Assembly (NCBI GenBank): GCA_039809245.1
Contig: JBDHUP010000001.1
Location: 30,934-94,933, forward strand
Length of the DNA: 64,000 bases
Direction: 5' to 3'
Source of the DNA: Minisyncoccia bacterium
GTDB lineage: Bacteria > Patescibacteriota > Minisyncoccia > Phycocordibacterales > UBA9973
In this document: positions 28,974 through 38,035 of the stretch, piece by piece
Layout: each line of letters begins with the position of its first letter
How positions within the stretch are numbered: the first letter of the stretch is position 1
Translations under genes and position numbers: made by a program
The notes under the pieces: generated by a model
Databases searched by the model: none
The model's input: the letters and a program-made list of their open reading frames with translations, nothing else
What the model was told of the DNA's origin: nothing

Positions 28974-31900
28974 TTATAGAATATTTATTCTGAATACTAA
29001 TTCATCGATTTTTACTTCAGTGCCTTTATTCTCTGAGAAGTTTAAATCTTTAGCTCCGACGACTTTCAATAAGTCAGGTTTGTATTTATTTATCAGATCC
29101 TCTCCTTCTTTGCTTGTCTCTATCTTAAGTTCAATTACATCACTAGGTGTAAGCTTAGCCTCTTTGCGCATATCTTGAATAGCGCGAACCAGTTCACGAT
29201 AATTACCTTCTTCTTTTAATTCTGGAGTTATAACTGTATCAAATACTATGTTTTCATCTTTACCTTTCTCTATACTCTTTACATTAAGCTCATCTTTTAT
29301 AAGTGCTTGATATTCAGCACTTGGAACTTCTGGGACATATAGAGTTGAGAGTGGTTGTCGGACAGGAATAACATTCTTCTTGCGAAGCATATTCCCTGCG
29401 CTACAATAGTCACGAACAATTTGCATCTCTTTAAATACTTCTTCTTTTACTTTTCCCGCTTCTGGCCATTCTGCTAAATGCACACTCTCTTTATCAGAAT
29501 CATTTTTAAGTTTCTGCCAGATATCCTCTGAGGCAAATGGCGCAAAAGGAGCCATAACTTTCACTAAAGTTTTCAACACATAGTAGAGGGTACGCTTTGC
29601 ATCTTCATCACCATCTTTGAGTCTATCTCTTGAGCGACGAACATACCAAGTCGAAAGCTCGTCGATGAACTCGCGCATCTCGCGAACTGGTTCTAAAAGT
29701 TTATAGCTATCCAAGTTCTTAGTTGTGTTTGCTAAGAGCTTGCTTAGTCGAGCGACAATCCACTGATCGAGAATATTGTCTGAGGTTTTATATTTCTCAC
29801 TTTCTAGATTCTTGTCTCTATATAGTTCGTAGAACGCGAGGACATTGTAAAGCAAGTTAAAGACTTGCTGTTGAAGTAGAACTACAGTCTTCTCGTCGAA
29901 GTTCTTGGATTCACCTGGCTGATTCACTGAGTACATCCATAAGCGTAGAGTATCCACTCCATACTTCTCTATCATAAGCCATGGATCGACAATATTACCC
30001 AAAGATTTAGACATCTTCTTCCCTTTCTCATCTAAGATATGACCTAGGCAAATAACGTTCTTATAGGCTTTACCGCGCCCTGTGAGCACACCTACAGCAT
30101 GAAGTGTATAGAACCAACCTCGAGTCTGATCTATCGCTTCTGATATATAGTCTGCTGGGAATCCTTTGCCATCTACCCATTTCTTATTCTCAAATGGATA
30201 GTGATCTTGCGCGAATGGCATCGCACCTGAGTCGAACCATACATCCATAACTTCTTTGACTCTTGTCATCTCCCCACCATCTTTATCTATCAACTTCACT
30301 TGGTCGATGAATGGCTTATGGAAGTCGAGTTCATAATCATCATTATGAGGAACTGGCACGAAAGGTAACTCTCGAACTTCTGCATTATCGAAACGTTTGA
30401 AGTCTGGGACGAACACATGAGTATTCGCAACTTGATAATTCTTATTCTCTGGGGTAAACAATCCTGAGTTCACAAAGCATAGCCAAGCAGGACCACCATG
30501 AGTAATGATTAATATATTCTTGTCTTTATATTTTTCTTCTAGTTCATATAGTGCTTCGGCGGTACGTCTTTGCACTTCTTTCAGTGATTCACCGCCACCG
30601 ATCTTCTGGTTGAACCAATCAGAACCTACATTTGTATACACATACTCATGATAAGCAGTCCAATTCTTACCATCGAAATCTCCAGGGTCTACTTCTTGGA
30701 ATCTTTTATCATAGATAATACTTTCTTTAGACAAGCCTAAAGTTTCCGCCACGATCTCGGCTGTCTCTTTCGTGCGAGTAAATGGTGAAGATACGATCAT
30801 ATCTATCTTTTTCTTTTTTAGTTCTTTCTCTGTTTTTTTCTTGACTTCGCTCTCACCTTCTTTAGTAAGGTTATCTGTTGCTTGATTCTTATAGCTAACA
30901 AGCTCTTTCAAGTTGCCTTCTGTTCCACCATGACGCATTACAAAATATTTGTTGCCAGAATTCTTAGTCTTTTCTTTCAGTTCATCGAGACTTCCTATCA
31001 CTTCGAATTCCCCGTCGGCTTTCTGCCAGATAGGAAGTGGGGTCCCCCAGTAACGTTCACGAGATATCGCCCAGTCTTTAATATCTTTAAGCCATTCACC
31101 AAAGCGCCCTTCACGTATATGTGATGGTTCCCAGTTTATAGTTTTATTCTCATTTATGAGTTGCTTCTTTATCTTCTCATCTGACATTCTAATATACCAA
31201 GAATCGCGCGCGTAGTAGATAAGTGGAGTCTTACATCGCCAACAGTGTGGGTATGAGTGTTCGTATTTCTCTTTCTTGAAAAGCAATCCTCTGTGTGCAA
31301 GGTCTTTAATAATATCTATAGCGACTTCTTCATCTTTTACAAATCGTCCTTCTAGAAAACCTGTACCTTTCACAAAGTGACCTGAATCATCAACAGTGTG
31401 CATTTTTGGCAATCCTAGCTTTGTTCCAAGCTCGAAGTCATCCTGACCGTACATGACAGCAGTATGTACAACACCAGTACCATCAGTCGTAGTCACGAAA
31501 TCTGCTGGGTAAACTTTGAATGCTTTACTTACATCCTCACCTTTTTTCTCTAGTGAATCTTTCAGGTATGGGTAAAGTGGTTCGTATTCTAAGCCAACTA
31601 ATCCACTACCTTTAACATCTTCAATATATTCTTGAACCCCTCCAAATGAGCTTTCCATTCTTTCCCTAGCACAAATCAAGTATTCTTTACCAACTTTAAC
31701 TTTTACATAATCAATATCTTTCCCCACAGCAAGAGCAACGTTTCCAGGTAATGTCCATGGAGTTGTCGTCCAAGCTAGGATGTAAGTGTTATCTTGTCCT
31801 ACAACTTTAAACTTTCCAGTTACCGATAAATCTTTATCATCTTGATATCCTTGTGCAAGTTCGTGCGATGAAAGAGCCGTACCACAGCGAGGACACCAAG

Positions 31901-32441
31901 GCACAACTTTGTAATCTTTATACAAAAGCTTCTTCTCTTCGACTTTCTTTAAGACGTTCCAGACAGATTCTATATAGTCATTATGATAAGTGACATATGG
32001 ATTCTCTTGATCAACCCAGTAGCCAATTCGCTTTGTAAACTTATTCCAGATATCTAGATACTCCCAGACACTTTCTTTACACTCTTTATTAAACTTCGCG
32101 ACACCGTACTCCTCAATCGCTTTCTTGGAATCGAGTCCGAGCTTCTTCTCGACTTGGAGTTCAACTGGAAGTCCATGAGTATCCCAGCCACCCTTGCGAC
32201 GTACATGGTATCCACGCATAGTCTTGTACCTTGGTATCGCATCTTTAAAAGCGCGAGCCTCTAAGTGATGAATACCTGGCTTACCATTAGCAGTCGGAGG
32301 GCCTTCGTAGAATACGAATTCACCCTCTGTCGATTTCTTCTCTAGTGATTTATTAAAAATACCCTGCTCTCGCCAAAATTCAAGTACAGCCTCTTCGCGA
32401 AGAGCTGCTACAGATTTATTATTTTTTTCAGTGTTATCCAT
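28974..32441 (-). CDS. ileS: Isoleucyl-tRNA synthetase (type 2) with an internal histidine-phosphatase (PGM/PhoE/CobC-like) domain insertion
   Basis: 1155 aa. PPTANGKPGIHH is the HIGH motif. CP1 editing motif TTTPWTLPGN. WAISRERYWGTPLP. DVWFDSG. KMSKS. A module spanning aa about 497-700 sits between WGTPLP and WFDSG. It carries FVMRHGGTEGN (the RHG catalytic His motif), SSPFTRTKETAEIVAETLGL, and IITHGGPAW (second His). Confidence 0.9.
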   Translation of the reverse strand: MDNTEKNNKSVAALREEAVLEFWREQGIFNKSLEKKSTEGEFVFYEGPPTANGKPGIHHLEARAFKDAIPRYKTMRGYHVRRKGGWDTHGLPVELQVEKKLGLDSKKAIEEYGVAKFNKECKESVWEYLDIWNKFTKRIGYWVDQENPYVTYHNDYIESVWNVLKKVEEKKLLYKDYKVVPWCPRCGTALSSHELAQGYQDDKDLSVTGKFKVVGQDNTYILAWTTTPWTLPGNVALAVGKDIDYVKVKVGKEYLICARERMESSFGGVQEYIEDVKGSGLVGLEYEPLYPYLKDSLEKKGEDVSKAFKVYPADFVTTTDGTGVVHTAVMYGQDDFELGTKLGLPKMHTVDDSGHFVKGTGFLEGRFVKDEEVAIDIIKDLAHRGLLFKKEKYEHSYPHCWRCKTPLIYYARDSWYIRMSDEKIKKQLINENKTINWEPSHIREGRFGEWLKDIKDWAISRERYWGTPLPIWQKADGEFEVIGSLDELKEKTKNSGNKYFVMRHGGTEGNLKELVSYKNQATDNLTKEGESEVKKKTEKELKKKKIDMIVSSPFTRTKETAEIVAETLGLSKESIIYDKRFQEVDPGDFDGKNWTAYHEYVYTNVGSDWFNQKIGGGESLKEVQRRTAEALYELEEKYKDKNILIITHGGPAWLCFVNSGLFTPENKNYQVANTHVFVPDFKRFDNAEVRELPFVPVPHNDDYELDFHKPFIDQVKLIDKDGGEMTRVKEVMDVWFDSGAMPFAQDHYPFENKKWVDGKGFPADYISEAIDQTRGWFYTLHAVGVLTGRGKAYKNVICLGHILDEKGKKMSKSLGNIVDPWLMIEKYGVDTLRLWMYSVNQPGESKNFDEKTVVLLQQQVFNLLYNVLAFYELYRDKNLESEKYKTSDNILDQWIVARLSKLLANTTKNLDSYKLLEPVREMREFIDELSTWYVRRSRDRLKDGDEDAKRTLYYVLKTLVKVMAPFAPFASEDIWQKLKNDSDKESVHLAEWPEAGKVKEEVFKEMQIVRDYCSAGNMLRKKNVIPVRQPLSTLYVPEVPSAEYQALIKDELNVKSIEKGKDENIVFDTVITPELKEEGNYRELVRAIQDMRKEAKLTPSDVIELKIETSKEGEDLINKYKPDLLKVVGAKDLNFSENKGTEVKIDELVFRINIL

Positions 32442-32550
32442 TTTGTTTTAATGAAGCAAATTATTTTATGAAAAAATGTCTGGCCGAACAGAGTGAGGAG
32501 ATCCGAGGACTTTTTTCAGAATATAATTTGCGAAATGACTAATAAAAAAC

Positions 32551-32600
32551 TCGTCCACGTACAACAATAAAATTGTTATACAAGGACGAGTTTCTCGTGG
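32551..32600 (-). terminator. Rho-independent terminator (minus strand) between argS and ileS
   Basis: Minus-strand reading CTCGTCCTTGTATAACAATTTTATTGTTGTACGTGGACGAG followed by TTTTTTATT. 7-bp GC-rich stem base. Confidence 0.45.
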
Positions 32601-32729
32601 TACCACCTTGCTTACTTCTCATTTAATAGGGCTCTACTCTCCCGAAGGATTTCTTCCCCAAGCTCTGGGGTGATAGCCCCTTCAACGCTTATATATTAAG
32701 AATACAAGCAAAATGCTAATTTTGCAACC

Positions 32730-34424
32730 TTACATTTTCCCTGGAGTCTTAATTCCCAAAAGATAGAGACCATTTTTCATAGTCTGGTGGAATGCTTCCA
32801 CAAGTGCGATACGATAATTCGCATATGGATCACTCTTATTTATTATCTGTGTATTACCATAGAAAGTATTGAACGCACTCGCGAGCTCAGTAAGATATGT
32901 AGCGATATGATGTGGCTCAAGTTGTGTATATGATCGCTCTACCACTTCTCCGAATTGATATAACACTTTCTCTAGGTTTGTAACTTCATTCGGTATATCT
33001 TTATAAGCTGCGCAGATACCTTCTGCTTCGACCTTTTTCAAAATAGAATTGGCACGCACTGCAGTATACTGAAGATACGGACCAGAGTCCCCTTCAAATG
33101 AAATAGATTTCTCAAAATCATAAACAATATCTGATCCGAGTGAAGAGCGAAGTATAGAGTACTTCAATGCTGACACTCCGACAACTTTTGCTATCTCATC
33201 TTTCTCTTCTATTGATAACTCTCTATCAGACACCTTTTCATAGACTACATCCATAGAATCTTTCAAGAGTGACTCTCCTGTAACCACATTACCTTTTCTT
33301 GATGACATCTTACCAGAAGCTAGGCGCATCATGCCGTGAGTAATGTGCTTCATACGTGATTCGTAATCTGGATGGATAAGAGAGACAGCTTTCTGAACTA
33401 CTTTCATATATTCGCCTTGTTCTATAGCTGTAGTAATGATAGATATATCTGGATTCTCTTTCTCAAACTTTGTCACAGTGAGACCTACCTCTTTCGTCTC
33501 ATAAAGTGGAATACCTAGTGATGTGATAAAAACTCGAGTATGGAGCTTCGGGTCATAATTCTCAGCATGGAAGACTATCGCACCTTCTGACTCCTCAAAA
33601 ACTTTCCCAATATTCTCTCTGACAATTTTCTCTCCAATTGGCGCCATTTCACTCTCGAAGAAATAGTAGTCGAACTTTGTTCCGAGTGTTTTATATATTT
33701 CTTCAAATGCATCTAGAGTGACTTTCCTTCCCCAATCATATATCTTATTTATCTTTTCATCACTTCTGTCATAGACTTTCTTATTTATTTCATTTATTTC
33801 TTCTTTCCACTTTGGATCATTATCATACGCATCGGAACCTCGCGCATATTGCTCGCCAATCCAAAGCGCACTTTTGTTCTCATATGGTTCCACTGAATCC
33901 AGAATCCCCCAGATAGCTTTCGCCACATGTGGACCCACATCACCTTGATAGTTTGCTCTTACTGTCTTTGCACCTGAGAACTCTACAATGCGAGAAATAG
34001 ATTCACCAATAGCATTACTCATAAGGTGACCAATGTGAAAAGGCTTGAAAGGGTTCGGCTGAGTGTACTCCACCATTACCTTTTTATCTTTTAATATTTC
34101 ATTCTTCCCCCAATTATCTTTCTGTTTTAAAATATCTTTCACGCTATCTACAAAGAAATCATGATGTAGATAGAAGTTTATAAACCCAGCACCTGCAACT
34201 TCTACTTTCTGCATGCCTTTTATATTCTCTTTTTCAATTTCAGATTTTATCTTCTCTGCAAGTTCTTTAGGGTTTGTACTTAATTGCTTCGCATAAGCCA
34301 TGGCAACATTTGTAGAATAATCACCCATTTTCAAATCTGCTGGATGCTCAAGAATAACACTACCTGCTTCTATGCCGAGATTCTTCAGTGCACTTTTTAT
34401 GTGTTGTATAAGTTTTTCTTTCAT
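32730..34424 (-). CDS. argS: Arginyl-tRNA synthetase
   Basis: 564 aa. PNPFKPFHIGHLMSNAIG is the HIGH motif. MSSRKG is the KMSK-like motif. DALR anticodon-binding C-terminus. Confidence 0.9.
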   Translation of the reverse strand: MKEKLIQHIKSALKNLGIEAGSVILEHPADLKMGDYSTNVAMAYAKQLSTNPKELAEKIKSEIEKENIKGMQKVEVAGAGFINFYLHHDFFVDSVKDILKQKDNWGKNEILKDKKVMVEYTQPNPFKPFHIGHLMSNAIGESISRIVEFSGAKTVRANYQGDVGPHVAKAIWGILDSVEPYENKSALWIGEQYARGSDAYDNDPKWKEEINEINKKVYDRSDEKINKIYDWGRKVTLDAFEEIYKTLGTKFDYYFFESEMAPIGEKIVRENIGKVFEESEGAIVFHAENYDPKLHTRVFITSLGIPLYETKEVGLTVTKFEKENPDISIITTAIEQGEYMKVVQKAVSLIHPDYESRMKHITHGMMRLASGKMSSRKGNVVTGESLLKDSMDVVYEKVSDRELSIEEKDEIAKVVGVSALKYSILRSSLGSDIVYDFEKSISFEGDSGPYLQYTAVRANSILKKVEAEGICAAYKDIPNEVTNLEKVLYQFGEVVERSYTQLEPHHIATYLTELASAFNTFYGNTQIINKSDPYANYRIALVEAFHQTMKNGLYLLGIKTPGKM

Positions 34425-34846
34425 TACTTTTTCCCTGTGCTACCAAACATACCCTCACCACGAGCTGATTCACTTAATGTATCAGTTTCTTCTAGCTCAC
34501 ATATCTCAATAGGCATTATAACAAGTTGAGAGACTTTGTCTCCTTTCTCAAACACATAAGATTTATCTGACAAATTCACTAGGTGTGTATTGTATTCACC
34601 TCTGTACCCTGCATCAAATACTCCGCCCATCGTATGGAGGCCGGCTTTAGAAATACTAGATTTATCTTTCACTATAGCCGCATATCCATCCTCAAATTCA
34701 AAGGCAAACCCATGCCAGAACCTATAATGCTCACCTGGAGCAATCGTCACAGTCTCCATCGAATACAAATCCATCCCCACATCCCCTGGATGGGCGTATG
34801 TCGGCAATTTGGCATTATCTTTTAACCGTTTGACTTTGATTTTCAT
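34424..34846 (-). CDS. dut: dUTP diphosphatase (homotrimeric dUTPase)
   Basis: 140 aa. Motif I GDVGMDLYS. Motif III GVFDAGYRGE. Motif V RGEGMFGSTG. Confidence 0.85.
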   Translation of the reverse strand: MKIKVKRLKDNAKLPTYAHPGDVGMDLYSMETVTIAPGEHYRFWHGFAFEFEDGYAAIVKDKSSISKAGLHTMGGVFDAGYRGEYNTHLVNLSDKSYVFEKGDKVSQLVIMPIEICELEETDTLSESARGEGMFGSTGKK

Positions 34847-34881
34847 AATTTGTATTATAGCGTAAACTAAAACAATTTAAC

Positions 34882-35406
34882 ATGAAATCTATAATAGACA
34901 ATTACGATATAATCGTAATTAAAGCCGAAGAAATTTTTACAAAAGAATGTTTTGCACAAGGTACTGACGCTTGGAGAATTCTAAGACCAAAGTCTATATT
35001 AGACAGAATCTTTGAAATCGCCAGTGAGGTTAAATTTAATATCGAAAATAGTAATAAATTAAACAACAGAGAACTTGAAGCAAAACTTATCTCATTATTA
35101 AATACCTCCATAATAGCCCGTGTACAATTAACTCGCGGACTTACCACAACAGCTCCAATCGTACCAGAACGAGCTATCGTACTCTACAAACAGTCAGCTA
35201 ATCTTGCCCGCAAACAGGTGAAAATGCTGATAAGATCTTTGGATTCTATGAATCAGGTAAGCTTAACTTCATTTATGGAAGCCATCATTGAAAGAACAAA
35301 GGAAATGAAAGAACTGCTTGATAAAGGGATCACTGGAGTTCACTATTCCATAAGAAAATTAATGGATATTATAAACTTCTCCATCTTTGCTCTAATCTTA
35401 GAGTAG
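34882..35406 (+). CDS. Hypothetical protein
   Basis: 174 aa, helical, no motif recognised. Confidence 0.3.
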   Translation: MKSIIDNYDIIVIKAEEIFTKECFAQGTDAWRILRPKSILDRIFEIASEVKFNIENSNKLNNRELEAKLISLLNTSIIARVQLTRGLTTTAPIVPERAIVLYKQSANLARKQVKMLIRSLDSMNQVSLTSFMEAIIERTKEMKELLDKGITGVHYSIRKLMDIINFSIFALILE

Positions 35407-35458
35407 AGCAAGAAATAAAATATATGTTGCTGTATTACAAACAGCAACTTTTTTTATT

Positions 35459-36037
35459 TTAGATTTTTATTAATTCTCTTACTTTCTTTACTACTTGCTT
35501 AGGAGAAAGATTTGTATTGTCTATTTCAATATTATTCTTAACTGGTGCTGGTGTAGACCAGTCTTTCTTTTCTTTTAGAATTCTTTTCATTTCATTTGGA
35601 TCTGAAAGTTTTCTGAATTTTTTTCGTGACTTTCCTGATACACGTTTAATAAGCTCTGTATCACCAGCCTTCAAGTGAACAAAGTAAGCTCTACCTCCTT
35701 CTTTCTCCACATATGATTCTACTTTTTTCACAAACTTAGGATCAGTTAACCCTGTCATAGATACATATTCTGCAGAATAAGCATGGGTAGCAACTGTATT
35801 TAAATGACCTTTTGCAATTTCTTCAAATACATCCAATCTTAAACGCTCGACAAGGCGATTTAATTCAAGTGTTCCCCTTTTGAATAACTCTACCCCTAAA
35901 TCATAAGTATGGTGATTATGGAATAGTTTATATCCAGTCTGTTTCTGAAATTCTTTCGCTACAGTGTACTTACCCACAGCAAATGGTCCGTAAAATATAA
36001 CGACATTAAATTTTGGTTTTTTAATTACTTTTTTCAT
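35459..36037 (-). CDS. P-loop NTPase/kinase-like protein, possibly a nucleoside or nucleotide kinase
   Basis: 192 aa. Walker A GPFAVGKYT about 10 residues from the N-terminus, as in small kinases. The basic C-terminus and the substrate are unknown. Overlaps the upstream Nudix gene by 17 nt. Confidence 0.45.
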   Translation of the reverse strand: MKKVIKKPKFNVVIFYGPFAVGKYTVAKEFQKQTGYKLFHNHHTYDLGVELFKRGTLELNRLVERLRLDVFEEIAKGHLNTVATHAYSAEYVSMTGLTDPKFVKKVESYVEKEGGRAYFVHLKAGDTELIKRVSGKSRKKFRKLSDPNEMKRILKEKKDWSTPAPVKNNIEIDNTNLSPKQVVKKVRELIKI

Positions 36038-36575
36038 TTACTTTTAAAATAGCTTTTTTATATAAGTCTATAAACTCACTTGAAATAGTTTTTCTTATAA
36101 AATTTCTCTTTTCATCTTCAGATAAATTTTCTAACTGTTTTATTGAGTAACTTTCAAAACCAAGAGCATTTTCATCTTCAAGTTTTAAATCTTTTAAATC
36201 GCCAGAAAATAAGTAAGCAAATATTGTAGTGAATCTATTATTAATAAGTTTCGTAACTTCATCAAAAGATTTAGACCTTATCTTTTCGATAGGAATTAAT
36301 TTGCCAGATACATCAATACCAGTTTCTTCTAAAGATTCACGCTCTGCGGTTTTTTCATAAGTATCATTAGCAGAATCAACATGCCCTCCAACAGTTAGAT
36401 CTAGGAGGCCTGGATATGTTTCTTTATCTAAGCCACGTTTTTGAAAAATAATTTCATTATTTTTACTCACAAAAATCACATGTGCTTCCCTATGTAACAA
36501 GCCATCTTTGTGTATTATAGATCTTTCTTCTTCCCCTATTACCTCATCTTCCTCATTTACTATTGGAATCTTCAT
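36021..36575 (-). CDS. NUDIX hydrolase
   Basis: 184 aa. Nudix box GGHVDSANDTYEKTAERESLEETGI. Confidence 0.7.
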   Translation of the reverse strand: MKIPIVNEEDEVIGEEERSIIHKDGLLHREAHVIFVSKNNEIIFQKRGLDKETYPGLLDLTVGGHVDSANDTYEKTAERESLEETGIDVSGKLIPIEKIRSKSFDEVTKLINNRFTTIFAYLFSGDLKDLKLEDENALGFESYSIKQLENLSEDEKRNFIRKTISSEFIDLYKKAILKVNEKSN

Positions 36576-36713
36576 ATTATAAATATATCACGAATTCATT
36601 TTATTATTTATTTGACAAAAAGTTATATTTATGATAATGTATAGTAAATTATTTATTTGTGATTAGAGCAGACACATAAACAAGTCTTTTCTAATCACTA
36701 ATAAATAATACAT

Positions 36714-36929
36714 ATGGCACATTCAAGATCAAGGGACTATGAATTAGACCCAGGAATGAGAAGGCAATTCCCGCATGTTGAATTTAATTCAGCTCAAAAA
36801 ATAGTTACGACTCAATCTGTAGTTGTAAAAACTTCAAACGGTACAACCGCAGAAGAAAGAAAAGAAATACAGAAAAAAATCCTTGCTCTACCGGTAAACG
36901 AGCTTGAAAACCTTGTAGAGAAGATTTAA
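36714..36929 (+). CDS. Small hypothetical protein
   Basis: 71-aa ORF that stands alone on the plus strand. Weak call. Confidence 0.2.
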   Translation: MAHSRSRDYELDPGMRRQFPHVEFNSAQKIVTTQSVVVKTSNGTTAEERKEIQKKILALPVNELENLVEKI

Positions 36930-36980
36930 AAAATACAAAAAGTATTACGAGATGACCAATTATTCACTAGTTGGTCATTT

Positions 36981-37676
36981 TTATTTTTTAAGTATTCCTT
37001 TTACTTTTTTATAAACTATCTCGTGAATATCTTCGCGAGGGAGGACTTTGTTGTTTGTAGCACAATCAACTTTTAAGAAGTTCTTCTGAGTTTTCGAAAG
37101 CCAGAGAGCGCTCTTCCTAGAGTTCTCTAGGAATTCTACATCTTTCTCGTGGACGTCTTTCTTATTCCCTAGATACGTACGGACTGCATTTTTATTCCTT
37201 TCCTTCATAAGAGCTTTCGAAAGCTTGATCGGTAAGTCTAAGTAGAAAACTACATCTGGTTTCGGAATCTTGAAAACTTTATACTCCATTTCATCTAGCC
37301 ATTCTATGAATGCTTGGCGCTTCTTGGCGCTCTTGATCTTACCCCCTTGATGTATTTGGTTAGCACTGACGTAGCGGTTTGCAATAACTATATATCCTTT
37401 CTTAATCCAGCTTTCCATCTCCCTTTTTGATTCAGAGCGATCAGCTGCATAAAGCACAGAGGCAATCTTCGGGTGCACTTTCACGAAGTTGTAATACTGC
37501 TCGGAAAGACAGTGACCGATAAACTTCCCAAAGAAATTCTTATAGTATTCTGGGAAATCGACAGTCTTTATTGTGTATCCATCTTTCTTTAGACGTTTAA
37601 CTAAGAGAGCGACTTGCGTCGCCTTCCCACTTCCATCAGTGCCATCTATGACTATGAGTTTACCTTTTTTATTCAT
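36981..37676 (-). CDS. tmk: Thymidylate (dTMP) kinase
   Basis: 231 aa. P-loop IVIDGTDGSGKATQ. YAADRSES matches the Tmk LFAADR motif. ANRYVSANQIHQGG is a DRY-like motif. PDVVFYLDLP is the lid. Confidence 0.8.
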   Translation of the reverse strand: MNKKGKLIVIDGTDGSGKATQVALLVKRLKKDGYTIKTVDFPEYYKNFFGKFIGHCLSEQYYNFVKVHPKIASVLYAADRSESKREMESWIKKGYIVIANRYVSANQIHQGGKIKSAKKRQAFIEWLDEMEYKVFKIPKPDVVFYLDLPIKLSKALMKERNKNAVRTYLGNKKDVHEKDVEFLENSRKSALWLSKTQKNFLKVDCATNNKVLPREDIHEIVYKKVKGILKK

Positions 37677-38034
37677 ATCTTTGTTTTAAAAATTCATTTA
37701 CTTCTTCTAATATCTGTTTAAGCTCTAAAATTGTTTTAAACTTTTTAACTCTTTCAATTAAATCGTCATGAATAAAAACAAGTTGTTTGCAATCTTCTTT
37801 ATTTTTAATTAATGAAGATAACTCATATCCTTGTTGTTTTAAGTAATCTGCAAAAGGTAGATAAGTATAATGCTTATTTTTCTCTACAAGCTCTTCAATT
37901 GGTAAATCTTTATTTAAATCCCATCCAATTGTTAGAAATTGATTTTGTGTGTCATCAATTATCTCTAAAAATTGTTTCTGCGTTTCAACTATTTTGAGTG
38001 GATTCTGTTCGTTTTTATTTATTCCTTCATTCAT
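37669..38034 (-). CDS. Hypothetical protein
   Basis: 121 aa, acidic, no motif. Overlaps tmk by 8 nt. Confidence 0.3.
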   Translation of the reverse strand: MNEGINKNEQNPLKIVETQKQFLEIIDDTQNQFLTIGWDLNKDLPIEELVEKNKHYTYLPFADYLKQQGYELSSLIKNKEDCKQLVFIHDDLIERVKKFKTILELKQILEEVNEFLKQRYE

Positions 38035-38035
38035 A

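Noticed and set aside
30344-30955. Possibility that the IleRS insertion is an intein
   Set aside because: No Cys/Ser/Thr at an N-extein junction, no terminal His-Asn, and no endonuclease (LAGLIDADG/HNH) or Hint motifs. The segment instead shows RHG/His-phosphatase motifs, so it is a catalytic domain insertion.
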